This document shows, in pieces, positions 8,827 to 18,078 of a stretch of DNA of 24,910 nucleotides (the first letter of the stretch is position 1; the number at the start of each line of letters is the position of its first letter). The notes under the pieces were generated by a model, which saw only the letters and a program-made list of their open reading frames with translations, was not told where the DNA came from and made no database searches. The position numbers were made by a program, and so were the translations under genes. The stretch comes from a virus (lineage: Duplodnaviria; Caudoviricetes): the IMG/VR virus record IMGVR_UViG_3300030372_005019, positions 1 through 24,910 of that record; one strand, written 5' to 3'.

Positions 8827-9227
8827 GTGTTTCGGTTGAACTGCAAAAGCTCATCTATGCGCGGCTTGTTGCTGATGCTGGCGTCCATGCGATCTGTGGC
8901 GACCGGATCTATGACAACCCGAAAGAGGGCGTCGAGTTTCCTTACGTGTCGTTCGGCCCGTCTGACCAGATCGAGGATGACGCGGAGTGCATCACCGGCC
9001 TTGTCGAGACCATGCAGATAGATTGTTGGTCACGATATGGCGGTGGGTTTCTTGAGGTCAAGAAACTCACCGACGCGGTGCGCAAGGCTCTGCACCAATA
9101 CGAAGGCGAGCTTACTGAGAACGCACTTGTCGAAATGCGCGTCCTTTCCACCAGGTTCTTTCGAGATCCGGACGGGCTGACAAGTCACGGCGTCATGAGC
9201 GTCCAGTCAACAGTCGAGGAACCGTAA
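8823..9227 (+). CDS. Tail terminator protein (DUF3168-like)
   Basis: LQKLIYARL, RIYD, FPYVSFG, QIDCWS, RDPDGLTSHGV. Confidence 0.88.
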   Translation: MSVSVELQKLIYARLVADAGVHAICGDRIYDNPKEGVEFPYVSFGPSDQIEDDAECITGLVETMQIDCWSRYGGGFLEVKKLTDAVRKALHQYEGELTENALVEMRVLSTRFFRDPDGLTSHGVMSVQSTVEEP

Positions 9228-9436
9228 TGGCGTGGGTCATTTTCGAGAAGTCGTTCGATTTCGACTTCCGGCCTTTGAAGGCCGTTTGCCAGACATACCA
9301 ACCATCTGACCAGCCGCAGGAAGTCACCCGAGCGGTGCGTGATGCGGCTATCAAGGCGGGAGCGGCCCGAGAGCCGGAAGCCCCGCAAAAGAAACGGCGT
9401 GAAGCCGGAAACCGGGGCGCAAGCCCGAAACCCTAA
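9227..9436 (+). CDS. Small hypothetical tail-module protein (69 aa)
   Basis: TAATG coupling to the terminator gene; fills the gap before the tail tube gene. Confidence 0.7.
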   Translation: MAWVIFEKSFDFDFRPLKAVCQTYQPSDQPQEVTRAVRDAAIKAGAAREPEAPQKKRREAGNRGASPKP

Positions 9437-9466
9437 CGGGCTTTGCCCTAATTCGGAGAATAGATC

Positions 9467-9925
9467 ATGGCTGCTCCACAAACAGCAAAATACGAAGAAC
9501 TGGTTCTTGAGGTGGAATTCACCGCGGAATCTGGCACATACGTCGCGATGTGCGGATTGACTGATGTTTCCATCAATCGGACATCCAACATTGATGAAAC
9601 CGAAGTCCCAGGGGATTGCAACGACGAAAGCGTTCCGCTGTCGATTGAGATCGCTGTGCGTTCGCAAACGGTGTCTGCATCGGGGTCTGGCGTTTGGGCG
9701 CTGTCCAGCCATGAAAACATGATGGATTGGTGGTATTCTGGCGCGACAAAGGTTGCGCGCCTCCGCAACCTCAAGGCCACAAATGACGGGGTTACCGGAG
9801 ATACAACGGTTGAAAGTGGCCCGGCGATCTTGGCCACACTCAACAACTCGCGCACCAAGGGCCAGAAGGTTTCGTCTGAAATCGAAATCCGCTTCGACGG
9901 CGTACCGACACGGACCGCCAAATAA
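9467..9925 (+). CDS. Major tail (tube) protein
   Basis: MCGLT, DC.DE, SASGSGVW, GQKVSSEIEIRFDG; RBS GGAG; synteny. Confidence 0.88.
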   Translation: MAAPQTAKYEELVLEVEFTAESGTYVAMCGLTDVSINRTSNIDETEVPGDCNDESVPLSIEIAVRSQTVSASGSGVWALSSHENMMDWWYSGATKVARLRNLKATNDGVTGDTTVESGPAILATLNNSRTKGQKVSSEIEIRFDGVPTRTAK

Positions 9926-10326
9926 TGAAGGTCACATTGACGTGGCAGGGCGGCGAGCATGATTTTGCCCTGCCGATAGGTCAACTTCGGGCCTTGCAAG
10001 ATCGGTGTGACGCGGGGCCGGGGTTCGTTCTTCAGCGTCTTTCAACCAGTCAATGGCGCATTGAAGACGTGACCGAAACCATCCGTCTTGCCCTCATGGG
10101 CGGCGGCATGGATCGCAAGGAAGCGTCAAAGCTTGTCGAGCTTCACGTCGAAGAAAAGCCCCTCGCACAATCGGCAACCCTTGCCGCTGCAATCCTGATG
10201 TCTCGCCTCTACGACGCCCCGGAGGATGACCCGGTGGGGGAGACGATAGCGGGGGCGGAAGCGCCGAGCCACTCCCGCGGGGACGATGGAAGTTCTCAAC
10301 CTTCTACGGAACCGGCGCAGCTCTAG
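9925..10326 (+). CDS. Tail assembly chaperone G (GTA-gp10-like)
   Basis: FALPIGQLRALQDRCDAGP, DVTETIRLALMGGGM; between tail tube and tape measure genes. Confidence 0.85.
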   Translation: MKVTLTWQGGEHDFALPIGQLRALQDRCDAGPGFVLQRLSTSQWRIEDVTETIRLALMGGGMDRKEASKLVELHVEEKPLAQSATLAAAILMSRLYDAPEDDPVGETIAGAEAPSHSRGDDGSSQPSTEPAQL

Positions 10327-10475
10327 GCTTTACGCCTCGCCAAGTGGATCAAATGACCATTTGGGAATTCATGGCTTGCGTTGACGGGTTCCAAGTCGCC
10401 AACGGCACCAAGAAGAAAAAAGGCTCGGAGCCATCCAAGGAACTCCTGGCAGAACTCGGAATCGAGGATGATTGA
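10236..10475 (+). CDS. Tail assembly chaperone T extension, expressed by -1 frameshift (gpGT-like); absent from the ORF track
   Basis: -1 frame is open from 10230 to TGA 10473-10475 and reads ...RWKFSTFYGTGAALGFTPRQVDQMTIWEFMACVDGF...; candidate slippery G GGG GAG at 10236-10242. Confidence 0.75.
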   Translation, partial: GGDDSGGGSAEPLPRGRWKFSTFYGTGAALGFTPRQVDQMTIWEFMACVDGFQVANGTKKKKGSEPSKELLAELGIEDD

Positions 10476-12550
10476 TGGCGACAGAAGTTGAAACGCTATT
10501 GCTTCGCCTTGAGGCCACGCAAGCCAAGTTCGAGAAGCAGATGAAGGCGGCTTACAACTCGGCAGACCGGAATTCGCGCAAGATCGAAAACCGCTTTGCC
10601 AGGATGAACAAAAGCGTCGGCGGTTCGTTCAATGCTCTGCAAGGGGTGATGGTCAAGGCGTTCGCCGCGGCGGCTGCGGCAAGGGGGGCGCAACGGCTTC
10701 TCGACAGCGCCACGCGCATTGAAAACGCGCTGAAGGTGGCCGGGCTTGAGGGTGAGAACCTGACGGCTGTTTATGGCAAGCTTTTCCAGTCTGCGCAAAA
10801 GAACGCGGCTCCGCTGGAAGCCCTTGTCACTTTGTTTGGCCGCGCCTCTCTGGTCCAAAAGGAACTTGGCGTTTCCCAAGAGGAAATGATCGGCTTTACA
10901 GATCGGGTTGCGGTTGCGCTTCGTGTCTCTGGCAAGTCGGCAGCTGAATCTTCCGGCGCTCTCTTGCAGCTTTCTCAGGCTCTCGGTTCCGGCATTGTCC
11001 GGGCAGAAGAATTCAACAGCATCATGGAAGGCGCACAGCCTATCGCGCAGGCGGCGGCGGCTGGTCTTGATGAGGCGGGCGGTTCTGTCGCCAAGCTTCG
11101 CCAGCTTGTCGTTGACGGCAAGGTATCTTCGGAAGCGTTCTTCCGTGCCTTCGAAGCTGGTTCTGTCATCCTTGAACAGAAGGTGGCCGGGGCAGAGCTT
11201 ACTGTCTCGCAGCAGTTCACACGTCTGCAAAACGTCCTGATCGATACCGCTGGCAAGTTCGATGATGCGACAGGAGCAAGCCGGGCCCTTGGCGGTGTGC
11301 TTGAAGCGATTGCTGACTACATTGAAAGCGCAGGAAACGCTTTCGCTCAATTTAATGCTGGCCCGATAGCAGAGTTCATTGGAACTGTGACTGCGGGCGT
11401 TAACGCGACCGCAAACCTTATCGAGAAATTGACGGAACTCCCCGCACTCCTTGGCGCGGCCAAAATCGCCGGGCAGGTGATGTCCGATGCGATGATGGGG
11501 CGTTCTCCTGGCTCCAGCACTGCTGCCGGCGCTCAAGAAGCATATGCCGAAAAACGCCTGCATGATGCCTTCAACTTCCCGGAAGACAAGCGCACACCGA
11601 CAACAGGAAGGCTCAAGCGGGCGGCGGCTGTCAAGACAGTGTCGCTTGATGATTACGCGCTGCCCGCGTCTTCGAAAAAGAAGGGTGGAGGCGGCTCCAG
11701 GCAAAATGATTTCGCCCGCGAAGTCGAGCAGATCAAGGAGCGCACCGCCGCCCTGCAAGTCGAAATGCAGGTCATGTCTGGGCTAAATCCGCTGGTCGAT
11801 GATTACGGCTTCGCAATGGAAAAGGCCCTCGCCGCTCAAGAGTTGGAAACCGCCGCGAAAAAGGCCGGGTTGCAGATAACCCCTCAATTGTCCGCGTCGA
11901 TCAATGAACTTGCCACATCCTATGCGCAGGCTTCGGTTGACGCTGAGAGGCTGGCAGAAAGTCAGGACAAGGCCCGCGAATCTGCCGAAGAAATGAAGTC
12001 GCTCGGCAAGGACGTTATGTCAGGATTTATCTCTGATCTTCGTCAGGGTAAATCAGCATCCGAAGCACTGGCCGGGGCGTTAAACAAGGTCGCGGACAAG
12101 CTGATCGATATCGCTTTAAACAGTATTTTTGACGGCGGCGGCATCGGAGGGTTGCTCGGTGGCGGTCGTAGCGGGGGTCTGCTTGGCGGGCTTCTTATCC
12201 CCGGCATTTTGCATTCCGGTGGGGTTGCGGGATCGGATGGCTACGGCCACGGGCGCGTTGTATCGCCAACGGTGTTCTCCGGCGCAAAGCGTTACCACCA
12301 GGGCGGCGTTGCTGGCCTGCAGCCGGGAGAAGTCCCCGCGATCCTTCAAAAGGGCGAAGTCGTCATTCCGAAGGGTGGATCGGTCAAAAACGGAGGGTTC
12401 TCAATCTCGATGCCGATCAAGATTGACGCAACAGGGGCGGACGCCGCCGGTCTTGCCCGCGTGGAGCGAGAAATACAGGGACTAAAGTCCAGCCTACCCG
12501 GCCTGGTTATTGACACCGTCACTGAAGCGCAACGGCGAAGGGTTCTATGA
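10475..12550 (+). CDS. Tail tape measure protein (691 aa)
   Basis: ALLQLSQALGSGIVRAEEFNSIME tape-measure motif; Ala-rich helical; C-terminal HSGG..YHQGG..EVPAILQKGE; ATG 10475 in TGATG overlap. Confidence 0.93.
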   Translation: MATEVETLLLRLEATQAKFEKQMKAAYNSADRNSRKIENRFARMNKSVGGSFNALQGVMVKAFAAAAAARGAQRLLDSATRIENALKVAGLEGENLTAVYGKLFQSAQKNAAPLEALVTLFGRASLVQKELGVSQEEMIGFTDRVAVALRVSGKSAAESSGALLQLSQALGSGIVRAEEFNSIMEGAQPIAQAAAAGLDEAGGSVAKLRQLVVDGKVSSEAFFRAFEAGSVILEQKVAGAELTVSQQFTRLQNVLIDTAGKFDDATGASRALGGVLEAIADYIESAGNAFAQFNAGPIAEFIGTVTAGVNATANLIEKLTELPALLGAAKIAGQVMSDAMMGRSPGSSTAAGAQEAYAEKRLHDAFNFPEDKRTPTTGRLKRAAAVKTVSLDDYALPASSKKKGGGGSRQNDFAREVEQIKERTAALQVEMQVMSGLNPLVDDYGFAMEKALAAQELETAAKKAGLQITPQLSASINELATSYAQASVDAERLAESQDKARESAEEMKSLGKDVMSGFISDLRQGKSASEALAGALNKVADKLIDIALNSIFDGGGIGGLLGGGRSGGLLGGLLIPGILHSGGVAGSDGYGHGRVVSPTVFSGAKRYHQGGVAGLQPGEVPAILQKGEVVIPKGGSVKNGGFSISMPIKIDATGADAAGLARVEREIQGLKSSLPGLVIDTVTEAQRRRVL

Positions 12551-13158
12551 TGGCGATCACCTTTCCACGTGAGATCCCAGCCGTCGGCTACACGGTGTGC
12601 GGTCTGCGCCAAGTTTCAGGTGTGAAGGCATCCCGATCCGGAAACAAGATGGTGAACCACAGCCAGGTGCATGATCCATTCTGGACCGTCGAGCTGGAGA
12701 CAAAGCCGCTTCGCATCAGTGCAAGGGACGAAGTTGAAGCCTGGGCGATGTCCCTGCGTGGCGGAACGAAACGCGTGCTGTTCAAGAATCCGCATCGCTG
12801 CTTTCCCAGAAACCACATTGGCGACACGGCGCCGGCTCTTGACGACGGACTCGTTGCAGGGGTGACGGATGGAAACATCATTGCAGTCAGTGGCGTGTCA
12901 ACCAGCCTTTCGCTGGTTCCCGGTGACCCCATTTCGCTAGTGAATACTCATTACCACTTGTGTCGCGTGACCGAGATCACAGGCTCCGGAACTTCGCGGA
13001 CGATAACCGTGGAGCCTCCTCCGCCCGATGATATTGGCGTTGGGGCGGCGGTTGTCTTTGCATACCCAGCGCTCTTGACGCGGCTTGTGCCCGGTTCCTT
13101 TTCGGTGTTGGGAAGTGGCCTCTATACCTGCCGCTTCACCCTTCAGGAAAGCCGTTGA
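12547..13158 (+). CDS. Putative distal tail (Dit-like) protein
   Basis: First gene after the tape measure gene, coupled by ATGA; W..EL.T..L...EAW..SLRG pattern. Confidence 0.6.
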   Translation: MMAITFPREIPAVGYTVCGLRQVSGVKASRSGNKMVNHSQVHDPFWTVELETKPLRISARDEVEAWAMSLRGGTKRVLFKNPHRCFPRNHIGDTAPALDDGLVAGVTDGNIIAVSGVSTSLSLVPGDPISLVNTHYHLCRVTEITGSGTSRTITVEPPPPDDIGVGAAVVFAYPALLTRLVPGSFSVLGSGLYTCRFTLQESR

Positions 13159-13739
13159 TGCGAACCTATCCGACTGCTCTGCTCAATCTGCTCGATGAAG
13201 GCCGGGTCCGATATGCGGGCATGATCCGGTTTGACCTTGGCGAGGGCTCCTATGGGTTCATCCGCCAGTCTTCGGACTACGTCTATGGCGGCGTGACTTA
13301 CAAGGCCATGCTGGATGGGTTGATCGAAGTTTCCAGCTTGTCGCGCGGGTCCGGCACTTCGGCTTCGGGTTTTTCACTTCGTTTTTCGGAGAGCCCGGAC
13401 AACGGCATCACGCCGGATGTGTTGCTGAATATCGAAGACTACGATTACCGCGACCGGCCGGTGACCATCTACGACCTTCATCGTCATCCAGATACCGGCG
13501 CCGTGCTTGGCGACCCGATCATCATGGAGCGCGGCTACATCAATGCGATCGTCCATAACGATGATCCGGATGCCGGGTTCTTCATGACAGTCGACTGCGA
13601 AAACCGGGCGATTGACTATAGTCGAACCAATGGCCGGATCCGCAGCCAGGAAGACCAGCAGCGCCGGTCGTCTGGCGATCTTTTCTTTGAGCATGCGTCA
13701 CTCACCGGGCGGCAACTGATCAAATGGGGCAAGACATGA
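13158..13739 (+). CDS. Tail tip/hub protein (DUF2163-like)
   Basis: YGGVTYK, YRDRPVTIY, RSQEDQQRR..GDLFFEH..WG; synteny; TGATG overlap. Confidence 0.6.
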   Translation: MRTYPTALLNLLDEGRVRYAGMIRFDLGEGSYGFIRQSSDYVYGGVTYKAMLDGLIEVSSLSRGSGTSASGFSLRFSESPDNGITPDVLLNIEDYDYRDRPVTIYDLHRHPDTGAVLGDPIIMERGYINAIVHNDDPDAGFFMTVDCENRAIDYSRTNGRIRSQEDQQRRSSGDLFFEHASLTGRQLIKWGKT

Positions 13740-14152
13740 GGATTGAAGGCTGGGAGAAGCGCCTCAAGCAGGTCGTGGAACGCCATCGCGGCATTCCGGG
13801 CCAATGGGGCGTGTCCGACTGCTGGACGCTCGCCACAGACGCCCATGAGGCTGTGACGGGAGAAGTGCTTGCGCCGCAGCTGCGCCGTTACAAATCCGAA
13901 GCCGGCGGCTACAAGCTCTTTGCGAAGCATGGGTTCACGACTGTAGGTGAGGCATTGGCGGCGCACTTGCCTGGTTGCCCGGTGTTGATGGCGCAGCGTG
14001 GCGATCTCGGCGTGATTGAACGCGGCGGCGTTGAAAGCTGCGGCGTTGTAACTTCGACCGGGGTGGCGGTGAAGACGCTTTACGATGACGGCACGTCGCA
14101 GCTCGAGTTCCATCCCGTGACATCGCTGATCCGCGCGTTCAAGGTTTCCTGA
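13736..14152 (+). CDS. NlpC/P60-like tail-tip protein (lambda gpK position)
   Basis: WGVSDC motif, AQRGDLGV; ATGA overlap at 13736. Confidence 0.7.
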   Translation: MRIEGWEKRLKQVVERHRGIPGQWGVSDCWTLATDAHEAVTGEVLAPQLRRYKSEAGGYKLFAKHGFTTVGEALAAHLPGCPVLMAQRGDLGVIERGGVESCGVVTSTGVAVKTLYDDGTSQLEFHPVTSLIRAFKVS

Positions 14153-14155
14153 TCC

Positions 14156-16732
14156 ATGCCATTTATTTCAGCCATAATCGCCGGCATTGGGGTTGCTGCT
14201 GCGGCTGTCGGCTCGTTTATTGCCCCGCTGACCGGTGCACTGGGCGGGCTTGGGTTCTTCGGCAAGGCCGTCCTGTCGATCGGGCTTAATCTCGCGGCAT
14301 CCGCGATCCAAAAAGCGTTTACGAAAAAAAGCAACCCGGCATCAACGGACGCGCCGTCTGGTGTCGATCTTGACCTTCAATATGGTGAGGGTGTTTCGCG
14401 GAAGGTCATGTGCGGCAGGTTCTGCGTGGCGGGGCATTTCAACTACGCCAACGCCTACGGCACGGCAAACGGCACTCTGCAGCAGCAGTTTGTCCTTTCC
14501 GACTTTTTCATCACATCGCTTGACAAAATCTGGATCGACGGTGAGCTGGCAACGCGCGGTGCTTTTGACGGTACCAAGGGACACGTCATTACCTCGGGTG
14601 AATACGCGAACAAGATCTGGGTCAGGATCTATGACGGCACGCAGGCCTCCGCGGATGCGGGGCTGGTATCCGGATCAAACCCTACAGGCCGATGGACGGC
14701 GGCTCACATCGGTGTGGGCATGGCCTATGTCGTTGTCACTATGGAATACGATCAGGAGAAGCTGACGCAGCCGCCCACATTCTTGTTCGAATGCAAGGGT
14801 GCGCCGCTTTACGACCCGCGGCTTGACACCACTGTTGGCGGCTCCGGTGGGCATCGGTGGAATGATGTATCAACATGGGAGTTCTCGGAAAATCCGGCAC
14901 TGATGTTTTATGCCTATCATCGCGGGTTCTCGGTCAATGGTGACGTGTTCTGCGGCATGGAGGTCAGCGAGTCCGACCTTCCCATAACAAAGATCGCGAC
15001 AGCCGCGAATATTTGCGATGAAACGGTTGACCTTGCTGCCCGTTATCGGTGCTCGATCGGGTTCGACTGTGCGGCTCAGCACGGGGATAATATCGAAGCT
15101 TTGCTGATGTCGTGCGGTGGCATTCTGGTAACGAGCGTCGGTGAGATTTCCATGATCGTGGGCACCGACCAGTCAACCGTTGCCACGCTTACGGATAATG
15201 ATCTGATTGTCGGCCAGCCGGTATCGTACCAGCGCCGCAGGGCGATGGATGAACTGGTCAACTCGGTGTCGGGCACCTTCCCGAACCCGGATAATTTGTG
15301 GTCGTCAACAAGCTACACCACTGCCAGGGATGCGGGCGTTGTCTCGATAGACCGTCGCACGCGCGACGTGTTGATGAATTTCAACACGGTCCCGTATCCG
15401 AAACAGGCCGGCCAGCTTGCCGCAATCTATTATTCTGAAAACCGGTTCGAAGCTGCGGCGGGGGTCACTGTTCGCCCGCGTTGGCAGTCTCTTGAAGTCG
15501 GCGATTGGATCCTGTGGAACTCTGCCCGGTACGGTTCGCGAACCTTCATGGTGACCGACATGCAGATCATGGCTGACAGTGATGATGGGCCGCGTAACGT
15601 GGCGCTGTCGCTGCAGGAGCGCAATGGCGACATATATGACGGCGTGGGTATCACGGTTCCCGACATTCCTCTTGGCCCAGCCACTCCGGTATATGCCAAT
15701 GAACTCCAGGATTTCTCGGTCATAGCTGCAACAGGCGTCGGTTCTGACAGCCAGGCATATCCTATCATTCGCGTCTCCTGGTCCGCTCCAACCGATCCGA
15801 CTGTTTCGGGCGCAGTCCTGCAATGGAGGGTAAAGGCTGACCCGACTACGTTCTTTGAAAAGATTGTAAGTCGAGACCGGACAATCGCGATCCTGAGCGA
15901 GGGGGTCGTCCGAAACACGACCTATGAGGTGCGCCATATATTGCGCACAGACCCGGCCAGGACCGTAGTCGCTTCTGCATGGGTTGATGTCACGACTTCA
16001 AACCCTCCATCGAGCGATGTCACGGTGGGGCTGGGACAGGTGCGGACCGATGTATACGAGCTCTTTGAGAAGCTTCGGGTTCAGATGGATGATCTTGAAG
16101 CCAAAGTTGATCTTTCGTCCGGCAACGCTTCGGCTGACACCGCAGAACGGTTCCTTGATCGACGGGTGATCCGGAGGGAGCAGGGCGCTCTTTCGGCTTC
16201 CATCATCACCGAGCAAGAGGCGCGTGTTTCGGGTGACGAAGCATTGGCCTCTAACCTGGTTGCGGTGCAAGCCATAGCCGATGCCAACTCGGCCGCTGTC
16301 ATCAATGAATCAGTGGCTCGGGCGGATGCTGATTCTGCGTTGGCTGACGACATCACTCTCGTCCAGGCGAAAGCGAATGACGCCACTGCCTCAGGGCTTT
16401 TCAAGATAACGGCTTCCGCAGGTGCAGGCGCCGTCCAAACGGCTATCACGCAGTTTGTTCGGGCAACAACGGGCGGGGCTTACCTAGAGGCCGGCGAGAT
16501 CCTTGAGGTCTATCTCGATGGAGGCGTGTTGAAATCCCGCAAGGTTTTCAAGGTCGACCAATTCATCGTCTCGGATGGAGCCAACTCCCAGACGTTCCCA
16601 ATGGTTTTCGAGGGCGGTGTTCTCAAGCTGGCGCTTGCCAATATCGGAGCCATCACTGCCGGCACGTTGACCAGCTCCAACGGCAAGGTGCTGCTCGACT
16701 TGAACAACGCCCGCCTTCTATTTTCGGATTGA
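14156..16732 (+). CDS. Tail tip/central fibre protein (lambda gpJ-like)
   Basis: KGAPLYDPR, WEFSENPAL, FN3-like IRVSWSAP..TYEVR, coiled-coil repeats (EQEARVSGDEALA / ESVARADADSALA), C-terminal ANIGAITAG..LDLNN. Confidence 0.88.
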   Translation: MPFISAIIAGIGVAAAAVGSFIAPLTGALGGLGFFGKAVLSIGLNLAASAIQKAFTKKSNPASTDAPSGVDLDLQYGEGVSRKVMCGRFCVAGHFNYANAYGTANGTLQQQFVLSDFFITSLDKIWIDGELATRGAFDGTKGHVITSGEYANKIWVRIYDGTQASADAGLVSGSNPTGRWTAAHIGVGMAYVVVTMEYDQEKLTQPPTFLFECKGAPLYDPRLDTTVGGSGGHRWNDVSTWEFSENPALMFYAYHRGFSVNGDVFCGMEVSESDLPITKIATAANICDETVDLAARYRCSIGFDCAAQHGDNIEALLMSCGGILVTSVGEISMIVGTDQSTVATLTDNDLIVGQPVSYQRRRAMDELVNSVSGTFPNPDNLWSSTSYTTARDAGVVSIDRRTRDVLMNFNTVPYPKQAGQLAAIYYSENRFEAAAGVTVRPRWQSLEVGDWILWNSARYGSRTFMVTDMQIMADSDDGPRNVALSLQERNGDIYDGVGITVPDIPLGPATPVYANELQDFSVIAATGVGSDSQAYPIIRVSWSAPTDPTVSGAVLQWRVKADPTTFFEKIVSRDRTIAILSEGVVRNTTYEVRHILRTDPARTVVASAWVDVTTSNPPSSDVTVGLGQVRTDVYELFEKLRVQMDDLEAKVDLSSGNASADTAERFLDRRVIRREQGALSASIITEQEARVSGDEALASNLVAVQAIADANSAAVINESVARADADSALADDITLVQAKANDATASGLFKITASAGAGAVQTAITQFVRATTGGAYLEAGEILEVYLDGGVLKSRKVFKVDQFIVSDGANSQTFPMVFEGGVLKLALANIGAITAGTLTSSNGKVLLDLNNARLLFSD

Positions 16733-16739
16733 GTATCAT

Positions 16740-17186
16740 ATGACCTGGCGCGTGGCGTTTGATGCTGACAACGTAGTGATTTCCAAGCCCGGACATGATG
16801 CCAGTAATCCGTCACTGGCCGACACCAGCAAGATATTCGACAGCGAGTGGCTATTCGGTTTGCAGGTGTTGGGCTCTGGCGTGTGGACGTATCCATACGA
16901 AGTGTCGACCTACCGGGATTTCTCGATCCCTGATTATGGGTTTCAGCCCGCACTTCTGATCAGGACTAAGGCCAGGCCTTATTATGCGGATGTCGGGACC
17001 GAGTACAACTTTCGCGAACACACAGACCGCCCCAACACGATGGTTTTTACGGGGGTAGAAATGCTATATGACCGCGATGACCCTAGCCCCACAGCGCATA
17101 GATTTCTGAGCAACACTACAGTCAGGATCTACCGAAGCGATGCCTATTCCGCGATAGAATACCATTGGCTGGCGATCAACCTATGA
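16740..17186 (+). CDS. Tail-tip accessory protein 1
   Basis: N-terminal VVISKPGHDA..IFDS motif shared with the next two genes. Confidence 0.7.
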   Translation: MTWRVAFDADNVVISKPGHDASNPSLADTSKIFDSEWLFGLQVLGSGVWTYPYEVSTYRDFSIPDYGFQPALLIRTKARPYYADVGTEYNFREHTDRPNTMVFTGVEMLYDRDDPSPTAHRFLSNTTVRIYRSDAYSAIEYHWLAINL

Positions 17187-17695
17187 CCGTGCGTACAATC
17201 ATCGATCCGGCGCAGTCCTGGGGCATGCGGGTCAGCACCCCTGGAAAGGATGTGTTGACTGATGGTGGACCATACCTGTTTGATGGTTCTCTCGAGACAA
17301 TGAATATTCATCAATCGGGAATCGTCACCGACATTTTCCAGTGGCAGCAGTTCAACACGCCTTCGGTGCACCGTTGCATCAAGCCGGCCGGCGCCTATGC
17401 CAGTTATCCCGAGCTGGTCATCAGTTTTCCAGCTCTGGCTTACGTGCCGCACATCGAATGGGGGATCACCAGCGATGACTTCAGCGCTACGATGGATTTC
17501 CCGGGAAGACACACCAACAAGGTCAATATTGCGCTCGGGACTGGCATCATAAATCTGCCTGTTGCCATGATCCCGTCAACGAGCAGCTTCAAGCTGATCG
17601 GCACGACCAAACCAATATCGGCCTACGGTGATCATGGTGGAGAAGCCCGCCAGGGCGACCTCTACTATACTGTTTTCAAGAGGCCGACGACATGA
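17183..17695 (+). CDS. Tail-tip accessory protein 2
   Basis: ATGA overlap at 17183; MRVSTPGKDV..LFDG motif. Confidence 0.7.
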   Translation: MTVRTIIDPAQSWGMRVSTPGKDVLTDGGPYLFDGSLETMNIHQSGIVTDIFQWQQFNTPSVHRCIKPAGAYASYPELVISFPALAYVPHIEWGITSDDFSATMDFPGRHTNKVNIALGTGIINLPVAMIPSTSSFKLIGTTKPISAYGDHGGEARQGDLYYTVFKRPTT

Positions 17696-18069
17696 GTGAT
17701 CGCGTTCTCTTTGGCAACAACGGCTCTCAGTTCGTCGCCCGCGTGACGAAGCCCGGCTATGATGTTTCGAGTTCGGATCTCAGTCATTTCTCAATGCACG
17801 AATCGTTTACCACGCTGATCCCGATAGCGAAGGGAACTGTGGTCCTCGGCGTCGGCGCGAGCACCGGCTTCACAGCAAGCGCCATGATAGGCAAATGCCC
17901 GTTTGTGGTGCTCAAATCCGCTGAAGGAATATTGCCGGTGTCACCGACGCCGGGATTTGCCAAGGGCAGCTTCTTCATGCGGGTCAATCCCGCGACGGGG
18001 GCCTGCTCGCTCTACAATGAATACGCCTCAACCCTGACAATCACCTATGCCGTCTTCATCGCACCGTAG
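17692..18069 (+). CDS. Tail-tip accessory protein 3
   Basis: ATGA overlap; ARVTKPGYDV motif. Confidence 0.7.
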   Translation: MSDRVLFGNNGSQFVARVTKPGYDVSSSDLSHFSMHESFTTLIPIAKGTVVLGVGASTGFTASAMIGKCPFVVLKSAEGILPVSPTPGFAKGSFFMRVNPATGACSLYNEYASTLTITYAVFIAP

Positions 18070-18078
18070 GACACCCCC

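Noticed and set aside
23-16732. Gene transfer agent (RcGTA-like) cluster
   Set aside because: Despite the GTA-gp10-like chaperone, it has a ClpP-type protease, a long tape measure, a J-like tip, linked fibres and a complete lysis cassette, which fits a genuine siphophage
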